Assembly: GCA_020184695.1 (NCBI GenBank)
Contig: JAANOX010000080.1
Coordinates: 124,001-188,000 of the forward strand
Length of the DNA: 64,000 bases
Source of the DNA: Histomonas meleagridis 2922-C6/04-290x
Lineage: Eukaryota; Protista; Parabasalia
Direction: 5' to 3'
The position numbers and the translations under genes are program-made. The notes under the pieces were generated by a model that was given only the letters and a program-made list of their open reading frames with translations, made no database searches and was not told the origin of the DNA. How positions within the stretch are numbered: position 1 is the stretch's first letter; every line of letters begins with the position of its first letter. Shown piece after piece: positions 11,901-22,057 of the stretch.

Positions 11901-12940
11901 AAACATTCAATCATCTTAACAAAGAAAAGTTTGAATAGTTCGGTTAAAGAACTCATTATGTCCGTATCGTTCCTATGGCATTCAATTTTTGAATACATCA
12001 GATCAAAAATTTCCATTGAAAGAGAATATGACTCATTGAAAATTGAATGAATTAAATCGCACGATAGAATTGAACGGATGAGATTACATAGAAGAAGAGG
12101 TTGAGATGAAAGGATTTGATCATCCTTAAATTGTTTAATGAATAGGATAAAAAGCTTTAAGTGTTGTATCTTGGGTAATAATAAATTAATGTCGAACTTA
12201 AAGTCAATGAATGATTCAAAAAATGTAACAATGGTTTGGATAATTTGGGGTGAAAGTGGACTCTTATTAAAGCCAAATGGTAGTGGTTTGAACCCTGCTT
12301 CTGTTGAAAGGGATGGATATATTACACGGAATATTTGGTTGAAAAATAATTTCCGATAAAGATTAGGATTCTTACTCCAGGATGAGGATATGGACGAACA
12401 AACTTGTTTAAACATGATGAGAGCATTCTTTTGATCATAAAATTCAGTGGGAATTATGATTATTGGAAATACTTCTTTTGGTACGGAATTCTTGAAATTT
12501 GCAATATCCTCTGCATCTGTCAACAAAAAGTCATATGGAATAATAAGCATAACACTTGGCTTGAAGATTTTAAATGCTTTCTTATAATCTAATTGTTCAA
12601 AAAATTGGCGGAAAATGTTGAAAAACACAGAACGCATGGCAGTGACTGTTTCTGGATGAAATATGTATAAAAAAATTTTGTTGATTTTTTCAAGATTTTC
12701 TACATCTTCATAATTTTCAAAATTTTCAAAAAGCTTACTGACACACTTGAGCAATAAATTCATGTCTACGTTTTTCCTTCGCTTGAGTGTTTTTCGAGTT
12801 GAATGTGAATACTTTGCTAAATAGTTTAGTATCTCGTCTAGGAAATTGGATAGATTTTCGTGTAAAAATTGCCTCCAGTCACTCACTTTATCTGTGCCAA
12901 CCAACTTCATGTAAGGGAAAGAGGACCGCCTTCGTTCCAT
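8954..12940 (-). CDS. Rap/Ran-GAP domain protein (RalGAP-alpha/tuberin-like)
   Basis: C-terminal KVGVVYVG, EFLNGLGW, TSIYY, ELMFHV, KRHIGNDHIHIIWSE, ITSQFNQAHIVIYP. Confidence 0.88.
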   Translation of the reverse strand: MERRRSSFPYMKLVGTDKVSDWRQFLHENLSNFLDEILNYLAKYSHSTRKTLKRRKNVDMNLLLKCVSKLFENFENYEDVENLEKINKIFLYIFHPETVTAMRSVFFNIFRQFFEQLDYKKAFKIFKPSVMLIIPYDFLLTDAEDIANFKNSVPKEVFPIIIIPTEFYDQKNALIMFKQVCSSISSSWSKNPNLYRKLFFNQIFRVIYPSLSTEAGFKPLPFGFNKSPLSPQIIQTIVTFFESFIDFKFDINLLLPKIQHLKLFILFIKQFKDDQILSSQPLLLCNLIRSILSCDLIHSIFNESYSLSMEIFDLMYSKIECHRNDTDIMSSLTELFKLFFVKMIECLPSDRANEEIRMLFQKHITDTIPISTMYISFLTLLLTSSNKINTTIRTFFSEITIETELLSAVASKYSQYLAIKSFPIIYEVNIKELIEYSEMLQKKKQRIQFTNSFDLITDNIEEIINSPEEFTRTKMKLIWEEHSKYNESLEKIIIPPLQCTENEILTNVDKFLNCFINYENINNLDQKRNSFFILASYISHLIEFRNIPFSVQFNHISICKYCFNYLLHGIFEQDDSLIRKISFSLLSKILEFGDLKKYIDSELLFQFYIATGLMLISNDLELVELGFINGNHMLQKGYTGSTMLIPMLINVVEMKKIKLSYPLIGFLSSFPFFRININENKLFIHEINRIIQQSKIDDIIIDYEKVLTNNNKENNNLNRIIKIIEELPHDWDLILPIYSILLADETTQEIMNEQIIEKILDIIVISLKEQSLIPYDESFSMSAICTFESIFCYFEIIIKEFPNLFYGNFLKPLVEYLLTLNSSIDSVFLFYYLININDLFIISHSIIPDFTFYMNYVNYLYEVPNKFKVKEIVDIAMECLRKLSLFYKNYPFPQSILFPMSSHNSIYIGQSCEINSTANDNILTMAIEENDQVDVSNIATSGHYRWNISCITSMISGNEPLNLELKFADGIELKDPTNSEKRIDIENKINQFYGEDYLNGINLPEINVDNNILEQINKIWDYDNKPLKPQTDFKSIENPAAAVVTALGLNDSLCPVGKEKKNLLELKQLVSNTGRNCFKVGVVYVGDNVFEQNDLFQTTYDETTPHFREFLNGLGWPVELVTHKFYNGGLSLSGQKDGKTSIYYADLKTELMFHVGPLLPTNKNDKQQITKKRHIGNDHIHIIWSENPKNYEISTITSQFNQAHIVIYPIDTCLFRVDVFWKPSMKWFGPLRTSLVCTKKTLPSLARSTSISAMTAFYRQRCKFFSMTLNNVYSMKAVRSEIDQYQEDSPINKTMRNLMLCTERGIPLGTEGFSSSSGMLDVKSISIG

Positions 12941-13378
12941 GTTTTACACCGAGTTTTTTCAAACTGTTATTTTGCAAAAGTAATGAATTGAAAATTATGT
13001 AAACATTGGAAAATTTCTTAACACCTTGTCAGTTTGTTGTAACCAACTCCAATATATTCCTATCGTCACTGTAAATGAGTTCAATATTTTTTATCAATCT
13101 TCAAATGATTTTTACATATGTTTTAAATGCCAATTATGGTAAAAATATAATAAACTACTTAAATAACTCTAATTACAATTCTTTCTTAATGAGATTTAAA
13201 TCAAAGTTGGAGGGTATCATCCATGAGGGCACCCTGTTTTTCATATCACACTCTATCGTGTTTTAACGGCTTCTAGGTGATTTACTATTTTAATTAATAC
13301 TAAAACATATAATTTGTTAATTTAGTTATAAATTTTTATTTTATATTTGTTCTTCATTAATTATAAAAATGTAAGTGT

Positions 13379-13636
13379 TTATTTAATTTGTTCCTCCCAT
13401 TTATTATGACAATTGCTACAGGTATAAACATTTATGGATTCTTTAGAACTCGGTAAAAAAAATATCTTTTTTGACATGCATTTTGGGCATTGCACATTAC
13501 TCAGACCAAAAAATCCTGGATTAAATGGGAATTTGAAGTTTGTTGTTTCCAAGTTGGAATTTCCAATTTCTTTATCATTTTGATCGAATTTTTCAAATCG
13601 TAAACCTTTTTCTTTAGCTAAATCAATTGCAGTCTT
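13379..13636 (-). CDS. Terminal segment of locus D: capping ankyrin half-repeat plus TFIIS/RPB9-like C4 zinc ribbon (not in the ORF track)
   Basis: Hand translation: KTAIDLAKEKGLRFEKFDQNDKEIGNSNLETTNFKFPFNPGFFGLSNVQCPKCMSKKIFFLPSSKESINVYTCSNCHNKWEEQIK*; pattern CxxC...YxCxxCxxxW. Confidence 0.7.
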   Translation of the reverse strand, partial: KTAIDLAKEKGLRFEKFDQNDKEIGNSNLETTNFKFPFNPGFFGLSNVQCPKCMSKKIFFLPSSKESINVYTCSNCHNKWEEQIK

Positions 13637-16543
13637 AAATTATTTTAAAATAAGTTCCATCATATCTTTAAATCAAACACTAATTTATTTGAATAAATAT
13701 CTTTAATATTAATATTTATGTCTTTTTGCTGAAGAAGTTCTTTTGCTATTTCAATTTCACTAGATTTAATTGCATAAAACAATGGCGTTTCAAATAATTA
13801 TAATAAATTCCAAACATAAAGAAAAAACATGAAATTAATTAAAAAGTATTCGAATAGAAAAAAGAGATATCTTTAGCATTAATATCAGCTCCTTTTTCGA
13901 TAAATTTATTTAAGATTTCATTTTTCCTTGTTTTATTAGCACCAAAATTAAAGTATTGATATTGTCTTTTGGAACACAAGAACATAAGTGCTGTCTCAGA
14001 AATAATAAATAAATTCCAAATCTAAAAATTTAACCTTAAAATAGACAAATAAACAGAAAAATAATTAAAAAATTATTTTTTATATTTAAATTAATATCTT
14101 TTCTTTCAATAAGTAAACTTATAATATCCAAACATAAATTTTTACAACTTAAAATAAGAGGAGTATCAATATTCAGAAATAAACTCCATCGAAAAATTAA
14201 AATTAACAATAATGATAAATAATAAACATTTTGAATATTTACATCAACACCTTCTTGTTCAAGTATGATTTTAACGATTTCACGACTCGAACAATAAGAT
14301 GCCAAATGTAATGCAGTTTGAAATAAATTTAAGAAACGCCAAAAATATTTTAAAAACTAAATATTATTCTAAGGAATACTATATGGAAATAATAAAACAC
14401 TTTGTTGATTAATGTTAATTCCTTTTTGTCCAATTAGTAATTTAAATGCTTTACTACACCCAAATTTTGCTGCGCACATAAGAGCTGTATCATTTCTGAA
14501 AAATAAATTCCAAATATTGACTTTAATCATTAAATTATATTAATTAATATTTTTATAAAGAAATAAACACTTATCGCATTTATAGATATATCTTTAAGTT
14601 CAAGAAGTAATTTTACAAATTCAGCATTATCTTGAGATGACGCCTCCATAAGAGCTGACCAAAATAATTTAAAAAATCGCCAAATATTAGAATGAAACAT
14701 AAAAAATTCAAAAGAAATTTCATTAAATAAAATGAGATACTTTGAGCATTATAATCAATTCCTTTTTGTATAAGTAATTTACCTATTTCAATTTTGTTTT
14801 TTGAGGCAGTTTTTATGAATGCATTCCAAATTATTAATATTAAATTCCAAATTTAAATTTTAAATACTTTAATTTTTAAACAAATTTCAAATAAAATAAA
14901 AAAATATTTTTAACATTTACATCAATATTTTTATGCTCTAAAAGTAATTTAATAATTTCTATCTGATCATCTTCGCACGCATACATAAGTGCTGTAGAAA
15001 ATAAGATAAATAAATTGAAATATATATTAATGAATTAAAAATATTTACATTAAATAAAAAAATGAAATTAATTATATTTTTTGCATTTACATCAATTTCT
15101 TTATGTTTAAGAAGTAATTCTACAATTTTAAGATTTCCTTTTCGAGTTGCTGCAATTAGCGGTGTATCAAATTTATAAAATAAATTAAAAATCAGAATAA
15201 AAAATGTCATTTCCAAAAACTAATATAAAACATATTTTAAATTTATCTCAAGATCATTCCTTTGCATCAGTAATTCAATAACTTTAGTATTATTATAACG
15301 ACATGCAAATGTAAGTGCTGTAAAATAAGTTTCGTTTAGATTCCAAAAACTCGCAAATAACTTTTAATGAATTGAAAAAACAACTTTTGCATTAATGTCA
15401 ATTTCTTCTTTTTCAAGAAGCAATTTAACAATTTCATCATGATTCTCAATAGAAGCAAACATTAATGCGGTATAAAATCATTTAAAAGAATTCCAAAAAT
15501 TTAAGAACAACTTCAAATAATCCACAAAAATATGTTTCGCATTAATATTAATTCCTTTTTGTTCAATTAATAATTTCACTATTTTCACATCTCCAATTAT
15601 ACATGCAGCCATTAGAGCAGATAAAAATATAACAAATAAATCATAAAAATTAAGGTAAAACTTCAAAAAATATCATAAAACATAATTATGTGTATTAACA
15701 TCAACATTTTTCTCTACAAGTAATTTAGCCATTTCAAAATAACCTTAAATTCGTTCAACAGTAAAATTTTTAAATAATTTAAACGAACAATAAATTTAAC
15801 TCCTCTTATATAATTATTATTCTCATTGATATATCCAACATCCAAAGGTACCCCATAAGCACATGAATAAAGAAGTGGAGATTGAAATATTTAAAAATTA
15901 TATTTTTAAGTTATTTCAATGAATAATATCTTTTGTATTAACATCAAATCCTTTTTCCAAAAGTAATTTAAATATTTCTAAAGAAGAGTATATAATAGAA
16001 ACTATTAATGCATCTTGAAATAGTAATAATTTATACCAAAAATATTATATAAACTTCCAATTTTTAAAAGAAATATAAATAATAAAAAATTAATATTTTT
16101 TGCATTAAAATTAATTTTTTCGTTTTCAAGAAGAAATTTTACAAGTGAAATATTTCTGCTTTTAACCGCATTAATAAATATTGTATTATTAATAATAAAT
16201 TTAACACCAAAAATTTAAAAATAATACAAAATTTAAAAATAAAACATTTTAAAAAGTATTCAAATATCTTTTGTATTGATGTCAATTTTTTATTGCTCAA
16301 GAAGTATTTTAATTATTTCTTCATTACTAATATTAGTTTTATAAATATTGATTGCAGCCATTAGTGCAGTTTGAAGCAATTTAAATAAATTCCTTACGTT
16401 GCCTTAAAACATCGAATTATTTAAACAAATATTAAATAAAACAAATTAATAGTTTTAATATTAATATCAATATTTTCTTGCTCAAGAAGGAATTTAACTA
16501 TTTCTGTGTGACCTAATCTTGATGCAATTATTAATGCTGTTTG
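13379..16543 (-). repeat. Locus D ankyrin cassette array: 18 cassettes ending in an 85-codon terminal segment with a zinc ribbon
   Basis: xTALxxA...KLLLEQxGIDINxKDI cassettes separated by spacers of 40,74,75,74,40,57,54,54,60,74,74,74,74,75,57,74,74,59 nt. Cassette 2 has a TAA at 16290-16292 and cassette 5 is irregular. Confidence 0.88.
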
Positions 16544-16550
16544 AAACATT

Positions 16551-17804
16551 TTATATTAATTCCAAATTAATATTAAAAACATAATTATTTGTTTCATTAA
16601 TATTAAATCCTTTATCAAGAATATACTTAATCAGTTCAATATTATTAGAAAAAGCAGATTCAAGAAATGTACTTTGAGAGATATTATTATATATATTAAA
16701 ATATTTAATAAGATATAAATTTCCTAATCGAGCAAAATTATTTAAAATTTTGTTAACATCTTTGAATCCTTCTTTTTCTAAAAAGAAAAGAATTTCATAG
16801 TTATTGTTTTTAACGCATTCAATTTCTAAATCATCACGTTTTTGAACTTTAGGAATTTTATTTTTTGCTAAAGGTACAAAGTTAAAATGTTGTTCATAAG
16901 ATGTCTGTGGATTTTTTATTTTCTTTTCATAAAGATAATAAAATATTTCATTTCGATGAAACATAATTGCTGTTTCATATGCATCTTCGAATGTTGAATG
17001 ATTTTGTTCACATAAATGAATAATTTCTTCATTTCCACCTGCAATTGCATATTTACCTGTGTTATCTATTTTAGAACCATTCATAAGTAAATATTTAAAA
17101 CATTTAACAGAAGAAAAAAATGCTGCATAATCAATTAATGTAACATTTCTTTGATTAATAAATGAACATCTTTCATAAAGTGATGGTTCAATTGTTTGAT
17201 TAAAATCGAAGTTTGTTTGTGATGATATTTCTTGAAGTTTTTCAATTTCATCATTTCGAATTATTTTTGCAATTTTATTTGGATTAACTCCTTCTTTAAT
17301 TAATTTCTTATGAAGTTCCCAATCATTCTTCGATAGTTCTTCAATATTAGCTTGAAATTTTTTATTTACTAAAGACATTACATTAGTTTGTAACATATTA
17401 ATTTCTTCTTTTGTTAAATAATGCGCAAAATAAATATTTTTAATCCTTAAATTTTTGGAATCAATTAATTTCTCTTCAAGCATTGTGTTGAGTAAATAAT
17501 ATGTTTCCTTTTGTTCAAAAGCAAGCAAATATTCAAAAAAAAATTTGATTGTATCTTGGTTGATATTTTCTTCAATGGACTTCAAATACTTGAAATATAA
17601 ATTAGGTTCCTTTCTTTGTGAATAAAATGAAGAATAAACAAATTGGCAAATGAGGTTGATGAATGAAATTGGTGTATCTTTCTCATAAAATTTCAGAGTT
17701 GCTTGAACTGATAACTGGAGGTTTTCATCGCTCAGGCTGTATATAATATTTTCTAATGTCAAAACCATTTGTTTGATATATTCTTGTACAGGATTTTTTT
17801 CCAT
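16551..17804 (-). CDS. Locus D DUF3447-ankyrin core ORF
   Basis: Family motifs IAKIIRNDEIEKLQEIS, LIDYAAFFSSVKCFKYLL, AIMFHRNEIF; the ORF ends inside the first spacer. Confidence 0.85.
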   Translation of the reverse strand: MEKNPVQEYIKQMVLTLENIIYSLSDENLQLSVQATLKFYEKDTPISFINLICQFVYSSFYSQRKEPNLYFKYLKSIEENINQDTIKFFFEYLLAFEQKETYYLLNTMLEEKLIDSKNLRIKNIYFAHYLTKEEINMLQTNVMSLVNKKFQANIEELSKNDWELHKKLIKEGVNPNKIAKIIRNDEIEKLQEISSQTNFDFNQTIEPSLYERCSFINQRNVTLIDYAAFFSSVKCFKYLLMNGSKIDNTGKYAIAGGNEEIIHLCEQNHSTFEDAYETAIMFHRNEIFYYLYEKKIKNPQTSYEQHFNFVPLAKNKIPKVQKRDDLEIECVKNNNYEILFFLEKEGFKDVNKILNNFARLGNLYLIKYFNIYNNISQSTFLESAFSNNIELIKYILDKGFNINETNNYVFNINLELI

Positions 17805-17810
17805 TTTGAA

Positions 17811-17818
17811 AAAAGTGA
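17811..17818 (-). promoter_or_regulatory. Inr-like element of locus D
   Basis: TCACTTTT a few nt upstream of the ATG at 17804, suggesting an intact promoter. Confidence 0.5.
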
Positions 17819-18034
17819 ACTAACATTTCAATCGAAAGGTGTATTAAAAAGTGGAACAAACCATTTTTCAAGGATAAAAGTCATAAAATATCATTTCTTT
17901 CACTAAAATATTGAACACATAAAATATAATTGGATTAAGTATATCATTTTAAAAATTCCTATCTATTAAAATTTATTTCTTAACAGTTTCTATTTACTAA
18001 TTAGATAATCTGTTTATCCACAACTCACACAAAA

Positions 18035-19345
18035 TCACTCTTTTTCTTTTCCAAGCATTTTCCAATAATTTTCTGTCTTATTTTCCCAATCATCCAAAGA
18101 AACCAATAGACCCGCTTTTGTCAAATAGTCATAAATAGCGAAAGCGATTTCCTTTGAATCAGGAATCAATGATTCCAAATCCTTTTCAGACAATTCGCCC
18201 CTTAACTCGAATTCCCTTAAAATCAAATCCTTTACCTTCAAAAAGAAGCTCGGCGGAATTTCCATTCTTTTGCATAATTCATTTTCTTCATTAGACATTA
18301 TTCCTCGATCAAGTGTTGCTCTAAATTCAGAAGAATTTAGAAACTGAAGAACAATACTATTAAATGCTTCGACTTCTTCAGCAGAAGGGTTCTTATTCTT
18401 CAACAAACTCATGAGTTTATTGTACAGAAACCCTTCGTCATGTGTAAGAATTCCGTTTTGTAGCCATTTGGTGAGCATTTCAATATCGAGTTTCAACTTC
18501 ATTTCAGATTCAATGGCGTGGACAAGATCAAGAATAAGTTTTTTCGGTAATACTTGAGCTAATGGCATTAGTTCTCTTTCGAGTTTTTTCTCTTCTTCAG
18601 TTTTGCCTCCTAAATCTTCGACTTCGCGATCTAATAAACCCCATTCAAGAGCCTTTTCTGTACGGCGATGTCGTTCAATTAGATGGTCGTTGTAGTTACG
18701 GAGTTGATTAAGTTTATAATCAAAGTCTGTTTCATCATTAAATGTGATCCCAGAGATTATCTCTTCCGCTTCATTAATATACTCAATTTCAAACTCATGG
18801 CGTTTGGGCATCCAACCTGCATACTCACCAGGGGTATTGGGCTCATTTTTGCCTTGCATTTTGAGATTGTATTCATTGGAAATAGATGGTCGTGAGTCAC
18901 GTGGAGTAGTGTCATATGGAAGTGGAGGTGGTAGAACAAGTCGTGGTTGAATTTCAGCTGGTGGAAGTGGTGAACATGACATTTCAATATATGTTTGATA
19001 ATAATGAGTTTCACATTCATAAGCAGATTTGCTAATTACAATCTTCTCTATTTCGTGCCAGTTGTCTAGACCGCATACTTTAATTCCAAATAATAATAAT
19101 GCATCCTCTTCTGTTGTCCAATCTTCTCGAGTAAAAGGCGCTTCCTCATGATCAAAAATCATGAAAGGATGATCAAGTGAATGATCATCAGCGATTGCTG
19201 CTGTAGAAAAACATTCAATACATTGTTCAAAGTCAGGACATTTTAAACACCGAACATAAGTACATTTGCTAAGGTCAGTGTCACACGTCCAACATAAATG
19301 CGATTTCTCGTTTTTTGATGAATTCCTTTTTTTTGTTGAAGACAT
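18035..19345 (-). CDS. ADA2: Transcriptional adaptor ADA2 (ZZ finger, SANT, SWIRM)
   Basis: CWTCD...CLKCPDFEQCIECFS, WTTEEDALLLFGIKVCGLDNW, GWMPKRHEFEIEYINEAE, C-terminal SWIRM. First ATG at 19345. Confidence 0.92.
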   Translation of the reverse strand: MSSTKKRNSSKNEKSHLCWTCDTDLSKCTYVRCLKCPDFEQCIECFSTAAIADDHSLDHPFMIFDHEEAPFTREDWTTEEDALLLFGIKVCGLDNWHEIEKIVISKSAYECETHYYQTYIEMSCSPLPPAEIQPRLVLPPPLPYDTTPRDSRPSISNEYNLKMQGKNEPNTPGEYAGWMPKRHEFEIEYINEAEEIISGITFNDETDFDYKLNQLRNYNDHLIERHRRTEKALEWGLLDREVEDLGGKTEEEKKLERELMPLAQVLPKKLILDLVHAIESEMKLKLDIEMLTKWLQNGILTHDEGFLYNKLMSLLKNKNPSAEEVEAFNSIVLQFLNSSEFRATLDRGIMSNEENELCKRMEIPPSFFLKVKDLILREFELRGELSEKDLESLIPDSKEIAFAIYDYLTKAGLLVSLDDWENKTENYWKMLGKEKE

Positions 19346-19403
19346 TGGGGAATTCCGACCAATTAACAATTCAAAAGTAAATGTTAACGTACATTTAAAA
19401 AAA

Positions 19404-19922
19404 ATGTCTTCTCTTGTTTTTGGGATTGATCTCAAGATTCACAAGATCGAATATTTGCATATAAACACATACCCTCAACTAAGATTTATAGTTGGGGATC
19501 GTGAACCACAAATTTTAATTCCTTATACAAAACATGCAAGTGATGGAGACGTTTGGGAAGAAAAGAGAAGGTTCAAATTTAAATACATAGAAAATGCATT
19601 TGATGTTTGTACATCTTGGCCAATTACATTTGAATTAATTTCTCCTCTTCAGTCAACTGCATGTGGATCATGTACACTTGAAGTAAAACCATTAGTTTGT
19701 GATGCAATTGCAAGAAACGGGAAAAGTCCGACTGTTGTTCAAACAATTACTCTTCGAGATGGAAACAGAAATGGAGTTGCAAACATAACGTTTAAGCTAA
19801 ATGTAATTTATTTTAGAATATGTGAAAAGAAACCAGCAACTCAAAATACCGAAATAATTGATATACTAACAGATGAGAGCATGAATTCGACTATTGAAAT
19901 TAATTCTATTTCTGATTCATGA
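19404..19922 (+). CDS. Hypothetical protein, possible C2-like beta-sandwich
   Basis: 172-aa ORF from ATG 19404; alternating beta-strand pattern (GSCTLEVKPL, ITLRDGNRNGVANITFKLNV). Confidence 0.55.
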   Translation: MSSLVFGIDLKIHKIEYLHINTYPQLRFIVGDREPQILIPYTKHASDGDVWEEKRRFKFKYIENAFDVCTSWPITFELISPLQSTACGSCTLEVKPLVCDAIARNGKSPTVVQTITLRDGNRNGVANITFKLNVIYFRICEKKPATQNTEIIDILTDESMNSTIEINSISDS

Positions 19923-20082
19923 ATAATGTTTAAAAGTTGTGTTTTATAAAATATAAATAAATTTTTTTTATTCTACGCTGAATGAAATTTTGGAATGATT
20001 ATTAATTTAATAATGATATGTGTGAAAAGATGATTTGAGAAATATAAAATTTATTAGTAACAATGAAATGTGATGTGAAAAC

Positions 20083-21381
20083 ATGACTGCAGCTCAAACA
20101 AACTACAAGAAAAAACCAAAATCTATAAACTATAAAATATTTACAACTGAATCACCTTTCTTGCAGCAGCAGGATATTTTGTTTAAAGAATTATTTGTGG
20201 AAGAACATGAAAAATCAGATTTATTTAACATATTAACATCTTTATCAGACACAATTGTAAGTGGACTTCAACAAATACATGCAGGCTTCCAAACTGAAAT
20301 GTTTTATAATTTACTTTATTCAATTATTGATGACAATGAAATTCTTTCAGAAGATTTATCAGTTAAAATAATAACAAAGTTGATCATTGTCTTTGGGCGT
20401 GAAAGGCTACCACTATTTTGCCGGCCTTTATTTTGTGATTTGCTTGGAAAAAATTTACTTCAATTAAATGACAAAAAATTAGAATTATCAATTATTCGAT
20501 TGCTTTCTCTCCTAGTTCAAAATTCACCAGAAAATGCTGATGTATGTAAAAAAACATGTCCATTCATTTTTTCTTTATTAGAAAACATGCATGAAATAAA
20601 AGACATTTTAATCATTGGAAATTTTCTATTACAATTATCAAAAAGTGAAATTGATTCAATTCCAAAAAGTGTCGTTTACTACTTTTTACAATCAGATGAA
20701 CCCAATATCAAATCAATTGGAATAGAACTCGTAAAAGAATTTATTGAACAAGAAAATCAAGAAGCCGCTAAAGAGTTTATCCCAATGCTTCATACTTTAC
20801 TTGAACAAGATTCTAATGAAATCGTTCTCTCAACTTTGAAATTAATACATTCCATGATTTTAAAGAGATACTTCGATGACTTTCATATGGTTTCTCCCTT
20901 TCTACAAAGTAAGTTTAGCATAACTCGTGAACAATCTGCTCAATGTATTATTTCCTTATTCGAGATCAATCAATCTCTTGCAGTTGACAATGATTATCTA
21001 TCCTTTTTGCTTACAATCTCATCAAGAGGTTCTTTTTCCATGAAAACTCGCCTTCTTTATTGCATTTGTTTATTGATATCAAACAAATGCGTAATTTCAC
21101 CATCGACAGAATTATACGCTAAATGTGCAAAGCAAATCCTGGACATCTTCTCCACTGAAGAGTTCGACATCTTTGAACCTGCGCTTAAATCTCTTTGTCT
21201 GATATTTACTGAATTCAGTTCATCAATTTCGATTTCGGACGTTTTGGGCGATTTCGACTTTTCACAGTTTGATACATACTTGGAAACAGAGGAAGCAAGA
21301 GGAGACCTTGTTGAAGCCCTAGAAGGAATGTTGCCTGAAAAAGAAAATGAAGATGAGCGACTCGATTTGAATTCGATTTAA
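20083..21381 (+). CDS. ARM/HEAT-repeat hypothetical protein
   Basis: 432-aa ORF rich in Leu/Ile amphipathic helices; no specific family recognised. Confidence 0.6.
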   Translation: MTAAQTNYKKKPKSINYKIFTTESPFLQQQDILFKELFVEEHEKSDLFNILTSLSDTIVSGLQQIHAGFQTEMFYNLLYSIIDDNEILSEDLSVKIITKLIIVFGRERLPLFCRPLFCDLLGKNLLQLNDKKLELSIIRLLSLLVQNSPENADVCKKTCPFIFSLLENMHEIKDILIIGNFLLQLSKSEIDSIPKSVVYYFLQSDEPNIKSIGIELVKEFIEQENQEAAKEFIPMLHTLLEQDSNEIVLSTLKLIHSMILKRYFDDFHMVSPFLQSKFSITREQSAQCIISLFEINQSLAVDNDYLSFLLTISSRGSFSMKTRLLYCICLLISNKCVISPSTELYAKCAKQILDIFSTEEFDIFEPALKSLCLIFTEFSSSISISDVLGDFDFSQFDTYLETEEARGDLVEALEGMLPEKENEDERLDLNSI

Positions 21382-21631
21382 TCGTATTTTGAGTTTTTGT
21401 ATTGCCGATAGATTCAATTTTTGCGGTTATTTCCATCACAAAAATTCATAAAATTTCACAGTTACTGTTAAAATATTGAGGGCCAGGGGAAATCTGATCA
21501 AACTCCTTATGTTTTCTTAATAAACACTAAAAAAAATTATAATTTTTTAATAATTTTCTTCTTTAGCATTAAAGTTATAAAAATTAAATTATTGAATTTA
21601 TCATCATTAAAAATATATTAATATTTCTTTT

Positions 21632-22057
21632 TTATTCATGTAGTAATTCAACTATATCTGTATGACCATTTTCAGATGCATACATAAGTGCAGTTTTAAA
21701 TATTTCATATAATTTCCAAATATTATTTTGAAATAAAATATTATTAAATTAAAAATTAAATTAAACAAATAAATATCTTTAGTATTAATATCAATTCCTT
21801 TTTGTTTAAGAAGTAACTTAACTATTTCTGTATTACCATAATCAGCTGCTAACATAAGTGCTGTATTAAATAATTTAAATAATTTCCTAATATTAATATT
21901 AAACAAAAAATTATCGAAATAAATATAAAATTATTAAAATAAACAATAAATAATACAAATAAATATCTTTAGCATTCACATCGATTCCTTTTTGTTCAAG
22001 AAGTAATTTAGCTATTTCTGCATTACCAATATAAGATATTTTTATAAGTGCTGTCAT
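21632..22057 (-). repeat. Locus E ankyrin cassette array: 3 cassettes, spacers 74, 94, 74 nt
   Basis: MTALIKISYIGNAEIAKLLLEQKGIDVNAKDI; NTALMLAADYGNTEIVKLLLKQKGIDINTKDI; terminal KTALMYASENGHTDIVELLHE*. Confidence 0.9.

Noticed and set aside
13209-13236. GC-rich mini-hairpins (GAGGGT...GGCACCC) here and near 48042-48070
   Set aside because: Only two imperfect copies with 5-bp stems; insufficient to call an element.
21868-21961. Strict matched-codon hopping as in T4 gene 60
   Set aside because: Take-off (ATT/GTT/AAT) and landing (TTT/TAT/TAA) triplets match at only one or two positions and no stable hairpin is evident. Bypassing remains possible but is not shown by the sequence.
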